From Bugula neritina (Eukaryota; Animalia; Bryozoa), in NCBI GenBank assembly GCA_964035545.1, contig OZ037770.1, forward strand, positions 7,880,973-7,944,972: DNA of 64,000 nt, written 5' to 3'. A program made the translations under genes and the position numbers. The notes beneath the pieces are model-generated. The model did not search any database. It saw nothing but the letters and a program-made list of their open reading frames with translations, and was not told the origin of the DNA. Below, piece after piece: positions 26,078 to 38,967 of the stretch; position 1 is the first letter of the stretch, and every line of letters starts with the position of its first letter.

Positions 26078-26925
26078 TTGTCTTCTCCTTGGCTCGCTCG
26101 GCGTCTGAAGATAGTTGTTGGAGTTGTGTCCATTAATGTTGATGTAACGAAATGTTACATTGAACTGGAGACGTTGTTGAGATGGAGATTGGTTTGACAC
26201 TGGTCAGCAAGTTGTTTAGCACCCGGTCTCCGCCCAAGTCCAACTTCTCACAACCAGTGTATGCAGCCAGATGTATTTTTATGTTTTGCTGTTGTAGAAC
26301 ATTTTTGCTTTTTGTTTAGAACATTAATTTTTTTACGTTTTATGACATGACTAGTCTCTGCTACTTCTTTGGTTTTCATTTCTTACTTTAAGGCATGTTC
26401 CATGGTAAATGACGACAATTTGTATAGAATGCATTATTACTTTTATAAAATTGTTTCTATAACCTTTTCATGGAGTAGCGGTCTAAGTAATGGAAGGTCA
26501 GCTTTCCTACCAAGTGGTTTTTTTCAAAACATTCGCTGCTATCTAGTACTTTGTGAGTTGGTGCTGCCGCTCACTAGCTTGTGTTCATAGCAACTTGAAT
26601 TTTAACTTTTCTGTTTATTGATAATCTCGAGTACACAATAAAAGATGCTAAAAATATATCATTCTAATGCAAATATTTTGATTCCAGCTATAAAATGTTG
26701 TATAATTACAGGATGTAAAGGGTGTTCTATAGAATCACATACATGTTTTTACTTTAGTGGTAAAATAGAATATTGTGGCAAAGTAAAGGGAAACAATTGA
26801 AGTTAAATTGATCTATCATTTTGCTATTGTGCAGCCACGTAATTTTACAAAATTGTCTTCTTGCAACCTATGTTGAAATAACCACCGAACATTTACGACG
26901 CTGCTGCATTGCTTCACAACCTGTT

Positions 26926-28492
26926 TTACCACAAATAAGAAAATATTGCTTGATATTTCTTTATAAGAAAATTGATTGTCAATGTCCATCTGTCAGGCTT
27001 GGGTGGCACTGACTTGTCCTGATTTCGAGCTTTAGTTTTTGGGCTCGTAGTTTGTTCAACTACCAATGTTTTGCTGGTTGTGGTAGTGGAGTCTACCTTT
27101 AGATCAGTTGTGGTAGTGTTATCTAGGTCTAATAACTCAATCTTGCCTATGTCGTATTCTGACAAACCATTACAGGCATCTGTGTAACATTTACAGATCT
27201 TAGTCGTATCATTAACATCATTGCAGTCCGGTACGTCCCACACTGTGTTCTGGTATCCACAAATCCTCATCACTAAAACCAAGCAAATAACACATTTAGC
27301 TCCATAAAACATAGCAACTATGTGAGTTATCGCTTACATATGCGTGAGATACCATACATATTATATATACCCTATTACAATCTGTTTTATAGATTTTTGT
27401 GTCTAATTTAGTGACATAGTATATAACTTCTGCTAATTAGTGTTGATTTAAAGATGGACATAGAATATGTCTCTATAAGCGCAGCTAATTGCTGTCAAAC
27501 TGCATGTGAAGTATGCAAAAAGTAAGTAGGCTCCATCAGCCTGGGCCAATGATTATTGGCCCAGGCTGATTGGCCAATAACTCTGCAAATGAAGAGATAA
27601 AAAGTATTAATCTGTTGATCCTTCCTTACTGTCCTGGCATACCTAGTTTTATAAGTGAAAAAAAATTTTCTGCACTATAATGATGTGTTACACTTTTACA
27701 CATCCAGCTTTTCAAATTTAAATAGTTACCAGCAAAATATACTGACTCGGCAACAAAAAGACATTTAATGAAAATATTCAAAATGAGAAAATCTGCTGAT
27801 TTTGTTTTATATGCGTACAACTGTCAGTAGAGAGACAGTCTAAAACTATAGTGCATTATAGTAGAACAGCTGAATAAATGACAACAAGCAGTAAGGGAGG
27901 CTCATAATCCCCCCCAGTAAAGCAACATGTAGTTGCTTGCTGTAATTAACGTTGCCATACCTTCACTTCGGAGATAATATTTCAGGCAGAAAGTGACATT
28001 TTCCCTGCACTCAGAAATACTCTCATTCCTGGTCAGCTCACTAGAGTAAAATGAGTCTCTGCATGGCTTCTTGTAGCAAATGTGACACTTGATATCGGCT
28101 TGAGTCTTCACAAGTATCCCAACTAAAATACAGTTATTGAATTACGTTACATCGTATGCTCTATATATTTGCATATAGGTTGAATGTAAGTATAGTATAC
28201 CTATATACTATACAGATACTTGATTAATATATTTATCTGTTGTCTACATGTAAAAAATAATAAATTATAACATGCTTATAATAATATAATATTATGTTAC
28301 ACAGCTGTATAAAATGTTACATATCTTATTTATTATTATGTTAACGTATGTATAACATATTATATCACATCCTGCTGTAGGATATACACATACTATAGAC
28401 TTTATTCATTTTAACATTAAGCGTTTAGAGTTATCATTTCTTTAAGGGTTATAGGAGAGAAACTTACCCAAGAAGACTAGCCAGAGTCTCAT
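26926..28492 (-). CDS. Ly6/uPAR three-finger (quiver/sleepless-like) secreted or GPI-anchored protein
   Basis: Exons 28492-28468, 28122-27961 and 27272-26926 are in phase. Signal peptide MRLWLVFLVGILVKTQA, then IKCHIC...CKCYTDACN with 10 Cys, a Thr-rich stalk and a partly hydrophobic C-terminus. Confidence 0.8.
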
Positions 28493-30624
28493 GATGCTTG
28501 TAGTATGAGCTCACTGAGACATATAACTGTAAATTGATACCTTTATTCTTATATACCTGCCTGGGTAGACACTTTAACCAATCATGATGCTAGAAGTATG
28601 TAAACCTGCGATTGACCAATCATGACGATGAAAGCAACCCTTCATGAATTTTTTCTAAAACATACACTGTCATTCGACCATAAAATCAAACAGCCTCTTA
28701 GTTCTTTTACTTAATAATTGGAGAAATCATGTTTATGAACGATCCGTTGTGATAGATAAAAACAAATGTTCACTTACAACATATTAGTAGAAAAACGATA
28801 TGATTGGTTGAATGATACGATATCTATTTTTCTAGGAATTCAGATAATCAGAACAATGATGGTAAAAGCTTTCCGCATATATGTCAGGTGTTAGTATCCG
28901 TATCATATTTGATATAGCTGAAAACAATTGCGCCGTGTGTTTTGCTAGGTTTGTTTTAGACAATTGACAACGATTAGCTTTTGAGTATTACAAGAGAAAA
29001 TTTCGCCTTTCCAAATTTCTATTTAATTAATGTTTGATTCAAACTCAAAGTAGCTAAAGATTGAGATACAAGAAATACAGATGTTCTTATAGAATTTTTT
29101 GTGTGTGGAATAACTAGCCCTACCAGCTCCACTCATCGAAAATTTTCCTAGAATTAATAAAGGTAAACCTACAGTTGCCATACTGATTAGATAACAAGCA
29201 TGGAATACAACTTTACGATGCTTTGTTTGATTGTTATGGTTATTTTTGATACACCAATAAGACAGTGCAGAAAACTTAGATTGAAATAAAAAAATTGTTT
29301 TTGGTTTTACATATGTTTTAGCTATTAAAATTTTGGAATCATAAAGTAACCAATTTCCTTTCTATCATTTCTGGATAGATTTTTCTGCGATGCTATTTTC
29401 ATTATAAGAATTAATTTAATTGATATACAATTCCTGAATAATGTTGGCTGGCAGTGTCAGCTAGCTGAATGGTCATCATATAATATGGTGTAGCAACTAC
29501 TCTTGGAAAAATGCAACATGTGAAAGTAAATATAACCCTGAATTACATTTAATCTAAACTATTGGCTTTGAAGTATTTGGAAAGAGAGATCTTCACAGGT
29601 TTTTGTATATATAACAGACAGACACTGAGTAAACATAAAGTGTACCAGTGCGCGGTATTTATATAAACATTTAAACCTATTAAAAATATATAAATAAATG
29701 AGATCCTGGCATAATAATATATTACAATGCAATATATTTTATACTAATATATAATATATCCATACAAAAATAATAGAGACACAAAATACATCATCTATAT
29801 TGAATAAAAAGTCTACAAAATAAAATGAGAACGAAAAGCTAATAATTTGGTCAAATAAAAGGAACAGTTCAGTGCAAAGTTGGAATAAAGGTGACATCAC
29901 AAGTAGAGGCAAAGCTACACTATAGAAATTAATTAATTACACAAGAGATCGAAAATTAGGAGATTGTGCTAAATTTAAACAATAAAATGAAATGCAAACA
30001 TGTCAAAACTATTTGGCAACTTGATAGTTTTTTGTGATGAATCAGCACATAATAAAAAATGCATAAAATAAATATCCTTTTAGACGTGTTTATTCAAGCT
30101 TGGCAACACGAAGCATACAAATATCAAAGGAAACAGCAAAATATATCATCTATTAGTTTTGGCAAGATATTTGGTTGGTTTTGAGCAAACAGTGTAAGTG
30201 TTGTTTTAAGAGCAGTGAAAGATGTAAACATGCAACAAGAATCTGTACAAAGTCTATTTTTTGTAAAGAAGAGGGAATAAACCAGCCGTAATTTCTGCAG
30301 TCTGGCATAGAACTATAGCTAACATTTTCCAAGTGAGTTGAGTTCATGATGCTGCAAATTTCAACAGTTGATTGCTTTTGTATGAAAGCAGCTGAAGTCG
30401 GCAATAACCTAATGAGAGAGAAGAAAACAGGATGTGTGCCAGAGTAGGCTATGAGACGGAGTGGGACTATTCATTTGGCACTCTTGTATCTGCCTTTAAC
30501 GTGCAGAAATCTAAAATATAAGATATACACAAAATTACAGTGGTGTGCACAGTACAGAATAGGAGTATATATAATAAACAGTGTGTATTTAGTAATATAA
30601 GACCACGTGCACAGTAATATAAGC

Positions 30625-31061
30625 GTAGGACTACACAGCGCGAATTTTCTGCGTGCGGATCCAAATGCTTGAAATTCCGTTGCGGGAATGACCTGCCACA
30701 CACAATGCGTTGGCTGTGGGTGCGGAAATTTATTAGCTAATGATATTAGCATTTACCTTTACTGCTTGCCTACAGGCATTTATTTTAATATCCATGTCAT
30801 TGGCAAAGCGATTTAATATATACTATAAAATCAGAAATGCAAACTATTGAAAAACGTTTTAATTCGGTGCGCTATCAATCAAAAACGCAAATTGAAATTT
30901 AAAAAGTGGGCTCTCAATTGTGGAAACCAGCTATTTATATCAAACCGCACGAGTTTTCTACACTCTCCACTCAGCATGTTATCAGCATGAAAATCCGCAC
31001 ACAACAGCCCATGTTTGAGTTAGACAGATTTCCTGCATGAATCAACGTAGTGTGGCCCTAT
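30625..31061. mobile_element. MITE with (A)GGGCCACAC-like termini
   Basis: TAGGACTACAC ... GTGTGGCCCTA ends; the body is the reverse-complement homolog of 63649-64000 (shared TTTTCATGCWGATAACATGCTGAG and TAATAAATTTCCGCACCCACA). Confidence 0.75.
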
Positions 31062-31330
31062 GCTAAGATTGGGTATTTAGTAATATAAAGTAGATATACA
31101 GTAGTATAAGATTATGTGCACAGTGCTATTAATAAAAGAAGTTACATGTAACAAAATAAACGAACACTGTATAATAAACACGGTATTTAATATGTAGGCC
31201 TGAATTAGAGCACTGGTTATCTAAAAATATAAACTGGATTTCAGAGTCTATTTGTCACTTTACATTTAATCTATAACGCGACACTGTGCACAAAGAGTGC
31301 ATAAATCTCAATCATGAAACACAACAAACA

Positions 31331-34300
31331 TTACTTCTCATCAGTGGCAGTTGTGCTTGGGTTGCTACGGTAACCATTCTCGATCACATGACCTCTAGCA
31401 TCTTGCACATTGAGCATGTCAGCCTGAGCTCCGGCCTTCCTGAAGAGAGTCACTCTGCAAGGGTCATGGCAGGAGAGATAATTCTCTAGCGTATCCCAGC
31501 CACCACCAACCCGCACCATGATATGACGTCCTTTCAGTTTCTGAATGCACCAGAAATAGAGCGCAGTTTTATATATGATATACTTCTATATACAAAGTGT
31601 CAATATATATACTTCTATATGCAATATACAAAATGCGCTTTGATTGGTACATAAACTATCAAAAAAGTTGTGAATGTGATTCCACATTTACACAATGAAA
31701 AATAGAAAATTAGAAAATCAGTATCACACAAGTTAGTATGTATATATTAGTTTTTTCACAGTGGTGTTGATGAGATGACTCCTACTGTATGCAATAGTTA
31801 TTTTATGAACCTGCTATGAAAACAATCAGCAAGGTTACTATTTGTTTATTCAAACCACAACATGGTATGTGTTTATTTTCACTAGTTATTTATTTGACAC
31901 CTGTAGTTGAAATAACAAAGAGTGTCGCATGTTCAACAGGTTAAAGTTGTTGAAAATTTTAGTATTGCCTGGAATAAAATTTGCAGGGAGCTTCACAAAC
32001 AGTCTTTTATAATTCAACCATAGAAAAACTTCTGTCAGTAAAACTGTTATTGCCATGGTAACCAAATAGCAGCATTCAACTGCCCTGCTGAGCAAAAATA
32101 ATCAAACAGCAGATGGGGCCATATTTAGATGGGGGGGGAGGTTAAGCACTCACTGAAACAGCAGATGGGGTCATATTTAGAGGAGAGGGGAGGTTAAGCA
32201 CTCACTGAAACAGCAGATGGGGTCATATTTAGAGGAGAGGGGAGGTTAAGCACTCACTGAAACAGCAGATGGGGTCATATTTAGAGGAGAGGGGAGGTTA
32301 AGCACTCACTGAAACAGCAACAGTTGATTAAGAACACCAACCCTGATGAGACATCTTTTATTCCCAAGAGCATATATCCCGTCTCTCAGCTTCTCCACAT
32401 AGAACTCTGGTGAACAAATACATTGTGATGTCATCTCCTCCACCTGAAATATTCATCAGTACAAAATTAAAACAGGGGAATCTAAAGACAACTTTCAAAC
32501 TGCACAGACACTAATTTGCTGCAGTTTCGGTAACCAATAAACTAGTAATTCACAATTAGTATTACAGGGTGTAGCTTTCACCAGCCAAACACACGGACTG
32601 CTGCAGGTTGTAGGAACTGACGCTATGTCTGCATATTCACCAACAACAAAACTCTCTGTATTAAATCATCTCCTAAGAAAATGAGATTTCAATTTAATTT
32701 TCCTCTGTCCTCTAGTATTTAATTTAGAATTGCCTTCTCTATAGCTGCTCCAATACCACAAGCTCCCTTTAACACTGATACTCACAGCTAAACTCGCAAC
32801 CCTCAGGCTACAAGTCAATGACTTCCACCCCCTCCTCCCGCACATCCATTCCAGTGAATGACACAAATATGTATAATTCATTGGGAGCAGCCGTGGTATA
32901 GGGGTGAGAGCATTTGCCTAGTAAACACAAAGTCATGGGTTTGAACCCGAGTAAAGGCCATTGGTGATGTTAGGAAGAGCATCCAGTCAAGCCAGAATAG
33001 AAAACAAGTCCTTAGCCCGATTGATAAAACACCCTTTCCATGAGGGGTTCTCACAGGGATGGTGACTGCAAACTTGTGTGAGTTTTATTGGGAGTTATCT
33101 CACCTCTTTGTCAACATCAGCCAGGTGGCTGCTTCCTCTACCAGGTCTTTTCTGCACAGCACTTTTGGATATGTCTTTCCTACCAGTCAATCAGTATACA
33201 GTGTATACAGTGTGATATCCAGTACACGGGAAGCATATAGAAAAAGGCTGGAGAGTAAAGTTACTAGTAAATTGCAGCCCAGCCTCAACTGATACAGAAA
33301 GCTGATGCGGCAGTAGGTTTGGAATTCCAATGGCGCCTACTAATTGAGCAATAACATGGTGCCATATTCCATCTCACCAGACCAGACCAGCTTCCAGTAG
33401 CATTCTGTTATTTCGCAAAAGGTCGCTGTTCTATTCAAATACTTATGTTGGCTCAAAGAAAACTTGGCGAAAATTTTCCACAAATCTTCAAGTTTGAAAG
33501 TTGAAAGCAAAATAACCTTGACATTGAATGTGAAGGTCACTCAATGACAACACGAGTACGGAAACACCGCAATTATGGTGTGTGTATTACGTGTAATAAT
33601 ATAAAAATATTATGAATATTGTACAATAACTTTAAAACTCATTAAATTAGCTTATTTATTTATTTAACTATTTCAATAGTAAGCGAAAAATTCATGTAAA
33701 TATTTGATGTTATTTGTATAACAAAACACCGCCAAACGCAACAACACGAAGAGAGAGAGAGAATGTTGCTGTAAAAACACGTGCACTAAGCAACTCCGTC
33801 AACAAGATTATGTTTCAAACTCCTTTTACCTGGAGATGAGTTTCTCATCTGATTCAATCTCTTTCTCCAGTTTGATTATAGCAGGAGGTTCAACCCCGTA
33901 ACGTGCAGCAAACCGAGAGAGTTCCAGCAAACACAGAACCACTTCTCGTTTCTGTTTGTGATGAACTGAAACAGATGATTACAGAGTAACTATGAGCAAA
34001 TATGAATATGTAAATACAATTATTAGTTGAATTATAACTGATTTATTAATAAGATGCACATTGTATATATACACAAGTATATTAGCCGATCTTTGGAGTT
34101 ATCATTTCACAGCATATAAACCAACTTCATGATTAGTTATGAGTTGATTTCTAACAGAAAATGTATTTGATGTGATTACAACAATATTTAATCAATATTG
34201 ATTGCGACCAAATCATTTCTAACAGAGAAAGTTAATTAAAGCAAAAAACTGTTTTGGTTCAGTATAATTATTTAGATATAAAACATTCACATGGGTCAAT

Positions 34301-36757
34301 TTACTTTAGGTTAGTACACGCTGATCAACAAATGGTTCAGAATTCATGCAAACATAACATTTGGTGGCATATATTTTATATGATGATCTGAAATATGTAT
34401 GAAAAAGGTTACAAGAGGGGGTCCTGCAATGACAAAGCATATTTCCAAAGTAAAATATGGCTGTGGAGAGTGACAAAATATTCTTGGAAGATATTTGACT
34501 TATATCATGACTACTAAATGATGTAGTTTGTATACATTTAAAAGGTTAAAAGCTTTACTACCTGTAGATTATAAAATAATCAATTCCTTCTATAAATAAA
34601 TATGGCTCGCATAATGCAAACCATCAACACCAAAACCTACACTTTACTAAGAATGTCACAAAAAATCAAAAGAAATATTCAACTATTTGGCTTTATATTA
34701 TTTTGTTTAAACTCACACTATTGTTTGGTAACAACAGATATACTACTAACTAGAATGTATTAAACTAGTAAAACATGAAGATATCAAGTGTGTACTAAGC
34801 AAAGCAAGTTAACCCACACCAATTTTTGTTTTTCATAGTCTAATATTGTATGATAGAGAGTATCTCAGCATGTAAAATTTACTGGTCATAGTTTGCAGTG
34901 GATTCATATCAATTTATCAGATTAATACTGATATGTGAATGAGTGCAGTACTGATACTATGTTTGTTTCATTTCAACAAAAGAAAACATATTAGTGAGAA
35001 TTAAAAGAAAAATCAATGCCTACCCAGGCCATCAGATTCGAATAACACCTCCGATTTCACCCCAAAATGCTTGCACCACATGATGAATGTGGCAGCGTTA
35101 TCCCGAGCATGCCAGCCTCCCTTTGCTGCTTTGCTGTTGTATTTCACTTTCTCCTAAAACAAAATCCAAAATCATGTTCTGATTATTGCTTAGACAGCAA
35201 GTTAAAATCATCTTAGAAATATAATTCAAAAGAAATTAGATGTGCAACTCAAACAGGGCGAAGTGCCAGAGCTACTATTTAATCATTTAATTAAAGCATA
35301 GAAAATTAATTTTTGTCATTGCATCATAAAATGTAAAACCTTTTCATTACCATCAACCATTTTATTTTTTACTTATTTCCAAAAACTACAAAACCTGTTT
35401 TATTCAAAGTATTTTATTTCAATTTCTTTTGTCAAGGCTCAATAAAACAAATCATTTCTCAAATGTAGTTGGCAAGTTTTTTAGCTGAACAGCATTAACT
35501 AAAAAACTGACAGAGTAGAAACTGCAGGTAGATACAACTGTAGGAAGATACAACTGAAGGTAGATACAACTGCAGGTAGATACAACACCTTGAGAGGGTT
35601 ATTCTGTTTGGCCTGTATCACTTGAATGAGTTGGCAGAGGACAACTCCATCATCTAAGGAACTCATAAACTCTTCTGGGAGAATTGTCTTACCTAAAATT
35701 CAGCACAATTCTTAGCACCACAACTCTTACATACAACTCTTTATGTACACAACTTGAGTACTTTGACTTGTATCAACTGCCACTGATACAAGTACTACTC
35801 AATCTGCTATAGTATACTTGCCATAACTACAAATATGTATTCATGGCTATACTACATCTACTAATCAACATATATATCTAGTAATTTCTGTATTTATAAA
35901 TGGTAATGCCTATTAATCGATTAAGAATAGATGAATTTTAGTACAAACATGAGAGTTACCTTCTCTCTATATATCATAATACAACTCTAGATTAAGTGAA
36001 TAATACTGTGAGCAATCACTCTATATAATCTACTTGCAGTAATGCTAAAAACAGCGAAATAAAATATTCCAATTGTATAGCAAGCTATTTACAATATATC
36101 ATCAAAAAGAGCTTTAAAATGCAAATAAACAGAATAGAAAAAGACTAAACTTGAATGCGTGGAAGATGATGGAGTCACTAGATACAAACTTTATCTAGAA
36201 TATACAACAATTTGAACCTGTGAGTAGATTATATCCAGTTACATGATTATAATATAATCTCCATCTCATTAAGCAGCAAAATTATCACGCCTAACATAAG
36301 GCAGCCTTAAAAAAAACAAATTAGAATTAGAAAACAAAACCCCGCACCAGAGTAGGATTTGCCCTCTCTTGTAGAGAACTGCACTTTGTATATGGCATAG
36401 ACTAGAATCCTCATATAGCTGAGTACGACATTTAATTCATTCCTCCACGACATATACATACACGGAGGCAAGAGTTTAACTTTGCCAAGTCAAGTTTTCA
36501 CAACATTATTACGCCTGAAAAGTTTATATGATAAAGTAACCAGATTTAAATACATGTCACCATAAAACCTACCAACCAACCTAAACAGAGAATACACACA
36601 CCTGAGGCAGCACTACAACACATTACACACCTACAAGCCTAGTCAGCCATTCCGATACATCTTCAACTAAAGGAATAAGTGCTCTCTCCTGGTATACTGT
36701 GGCTGCTTCTTTCACCTGGTCAGAGCCTGCTTCCTCTCCATCTGCTGCTGAGGCCAT
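31331..36757 (-). CDS. GAS2: Growth arrest-specific 2 family protein (CH + GAR domains, short form)
   Basis: Exons 36757-36631, 35692-35589, ~35154-35025, ~33966-33830, 33179-33104, 32443-32342 and 31540-31331. Motifs: [36 protein letters not shown]...[18 protein letters not shown]...[37 protein letters not shown]. Confidence 0.9.
32105..32320. repeat. 52-bp tandem repeat x4 in the last GAS2 intron
   Basis: CAGCAGATGGGG recurs at 32107, 32159, 32211 and 32263; each unit has TTTCAGTGAGT on the sense (-) strand. Confidence 0.92.
32883..33088 (+). mobile_element. tRNA-derived SINE
   Basis: GGGAGCAGCCGTGGTATAGGGG...CCTAGTAAAC...GGTTTGAACCCG...GGAAGAGCATCCAGTC...GGGGTTCTCACAGG. Confidence 0.82.
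35521..35588. repeat. 16-bp repeat x4 abutting a GAS2 donor
   Basis: GGTAGATACAACTGCA-type units. Confidence 0.8.
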
Positions 36758-38001
36758 AAATACTGATGAGTTACCAATGAAGTGGAAGCATCCCTGCAAG
36801 TTATTACCAAGCACGTTATTGTGGCCTATGCATTAATATATCTAACGGACTGCATAGTTATTTCAATAAAGTAGTAACCAATATATAGTAATATGTTATG
36901 CAAGATATATCAACACATCAAACCAACCAATGCCAAAGTAAAATTGCTTCAAGTTGAAAATACTATCTTATAAAAAAGCTTAATTTATTCACAAAAGATG
37001 TAAATAAAGTTAATACAAAGCAATATTAAATCTAATGCAGTCTTAGTACTGACTAAGACTAGGGTAGCTACTACACTAAGAGCCACTCGAAATACACACC
37101 TCTCTATCAGGCCGTATTTTAGTTCTTAAAGTTTAATTTTAATCATTTGGCTAACATTTTTAATGTGAAAAATGAGACATCTTTCATAGTCCTACTCCTA
37201 CTGGCAACGATTATGATAATTTATTTAGTATTTACTAATACTAGTTATATTTATAGTAATTTAGTATAATTTGTTATCTTATCATCTTCATTGCCATTAC
37301 CTATTACTATCAGATTTAGTATTAGTATTACTATTAGTATCACATTTAGTTTTAACATAAGTCTAACTATTAGTATTAGCCAGTATTACTATAAATTTAG
37401 GTATAACTATTTTTTAGTTTACTGTTAATACCAACAGGCAACATTTAATCATTTACATTTACATATAGTAATATGCTACTAATAGTTATAGTAATAGTAG
37501 TACACTATAAATGTTACTATTAGTAATACTAACACTACTATTACTATTACAGTATTAGTAGTATTACTATTACTATTAGTATTAGTATTACTTATAGTTA
37601 TTACTATAACTATAAGTATAATATATCATTATCAATATTGACTATTATTTTATATTTCAAATTAAAAGATTTGAATTATTATTTGTTTATTATAATAATA
37701 TTAATTATAATTCAATATTCATGAATATCAATATAAATATTAAATTCAATAAATATAAACTATATAATACATAAAATTTATGATAAATGATAATATATAA
37801 ATATTAATATTGATTTGATATAACTAAATTATTAATTACTCAGTTGACAATTGCATAGTGAAAATTTTCTTCAACTTATAGTAAGAAAGTGCCTCAGCAG
37901 CAAAAATTTATCTACAATTGCAATTAAAAAAAAAAGTTTTAACATAGAATAAATTATCCCCACAAACGTTCGAATTTCTCATTTTAAATCAATTAATTGA
38001 T

Positions 38002-38967
38002 ATGTCTCAAACTAACAGTGACATAGTTTGTGCCAGTGGTGATGGTTCGAATACAGAATCTGAGAAATGCTATTCCTGCAAGCAAGAGGATTGCTTTATA
38101 ACTAATGCTAAAAACCGAAAACAGAAGATTGATTCGAAGTGGATTTTGTGTGACTTATGTCAGCACTGGTTTCATGCTCTCTGCCAAAATCTATCAAACT
38201 CCGAAATTGGTTACATCAACAAAGCAGCAAATGCGAAGGGTGTACTATGGTGCTGTGAAACCTGCCTGCCACAAACAAAGTCAATTAGTAAAACACCTAA
38301 TAACACTGGCATGGAATCAGTCAGTGATCGGCTAAACAAAATTGAAGAGGTAATTGGTAAGCTCTCCACAAGCATTTTACAACAAGACAAATCACTTACT
38401 GACCAACTCCAAACTTTCGAAAAAACATATAGCAGTGTCCTCCAAACAAACCAGGAAAACATAAAAAAATCTATAGAGATAAACGCCTCTGCACAATCAG
38501 TGATTAAAAAGTCCCTTGCTCACTCAGAGAATGAGACCCGAAAACTAAATGCCATTTTATATGGTATGGCTGAAAACCGAGAAAAAGGTGCTATCGATCA
38601 GGTAAAAGAGCTAATGGATTCTGGAAACTTCCAGTATGTGACCTTTCCTTCCCAAGCTTTTCGGCTTGGGAGAGTAGGCACTAAGCCTCGCCCGGTTAAG
38701 GTAGTCTTTGATGAAGAAAAAGCCAAATGGGAATTTGTGAAGCGGGTGAACTCAACCTTGAAAGCTGAAGGTTTTTTCTGCAAGTTGGACACTAGTAAGG
38801 AAGTACGAGATGAAGAATACAACATGAGACAACAAGTTAAATTACTGAGATCTTCAAATAGCGATGCTGAGTATCGTATACGAGGAGGTAAAATACAAAC
38901 AAAAACACAGAATTCGGGGGACTGGGTCAATATGAACCCAGCAATAGAGAGTCAACTCACCCCCTAA
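38002..38967 (+). CDS. LINE ORF1 (PHD finger, coiled coil, CR1/L1-like RNA-binding C-terminus)
   Basis: CYSC...WILCDLCQHWFHALC...WCCETC; RKLNAILYGMAE; FRLGRVGTKPRPVKVVF; 321 aa uninterrupted. Confidence 0.92.
   Translation: MSQTNSDIVCASGDGSNTESEKCYSCKQEDCFITNAKNRKQKIDSKWILCDLCQHWFHALCQNLSNSEIGYINKAANAKGVLWCCETCLPQTKSISKTPNNTGMESVSDRLNKIEEVIGKLSTSILQQDKSLTDQLQTFEKTYSSVLQTNQENIKKSIEINASAQSVIKKSLAHSENETRKLNAILYGMAENREKGAIDQVKELMDSGNFQYVTFPSQAFRLGRVGTKPRPVKVVFDEEKAKWEFVKRVNSTLKAEGFFCKLDTSKEVRDEEYNMRQQVKLLRSSNSDAEYRIRGGKIQTKTQNSGDWVNMNPAIESQLTP

Noticed and set aside
32105-32320. GTGAGT in the 52-bp repeat as the real GAS2 donor
   Set aside because: Wrong phase; the upstream AGG|GTTGGT donor at 32342 restores the GAR domain alignment.
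32883-32960. Functional tRNA-Thr gene
   Set aside because: The acceptor stem does not pair, copies are diverged, and all continue into a shared non-tRNA body (SINE).
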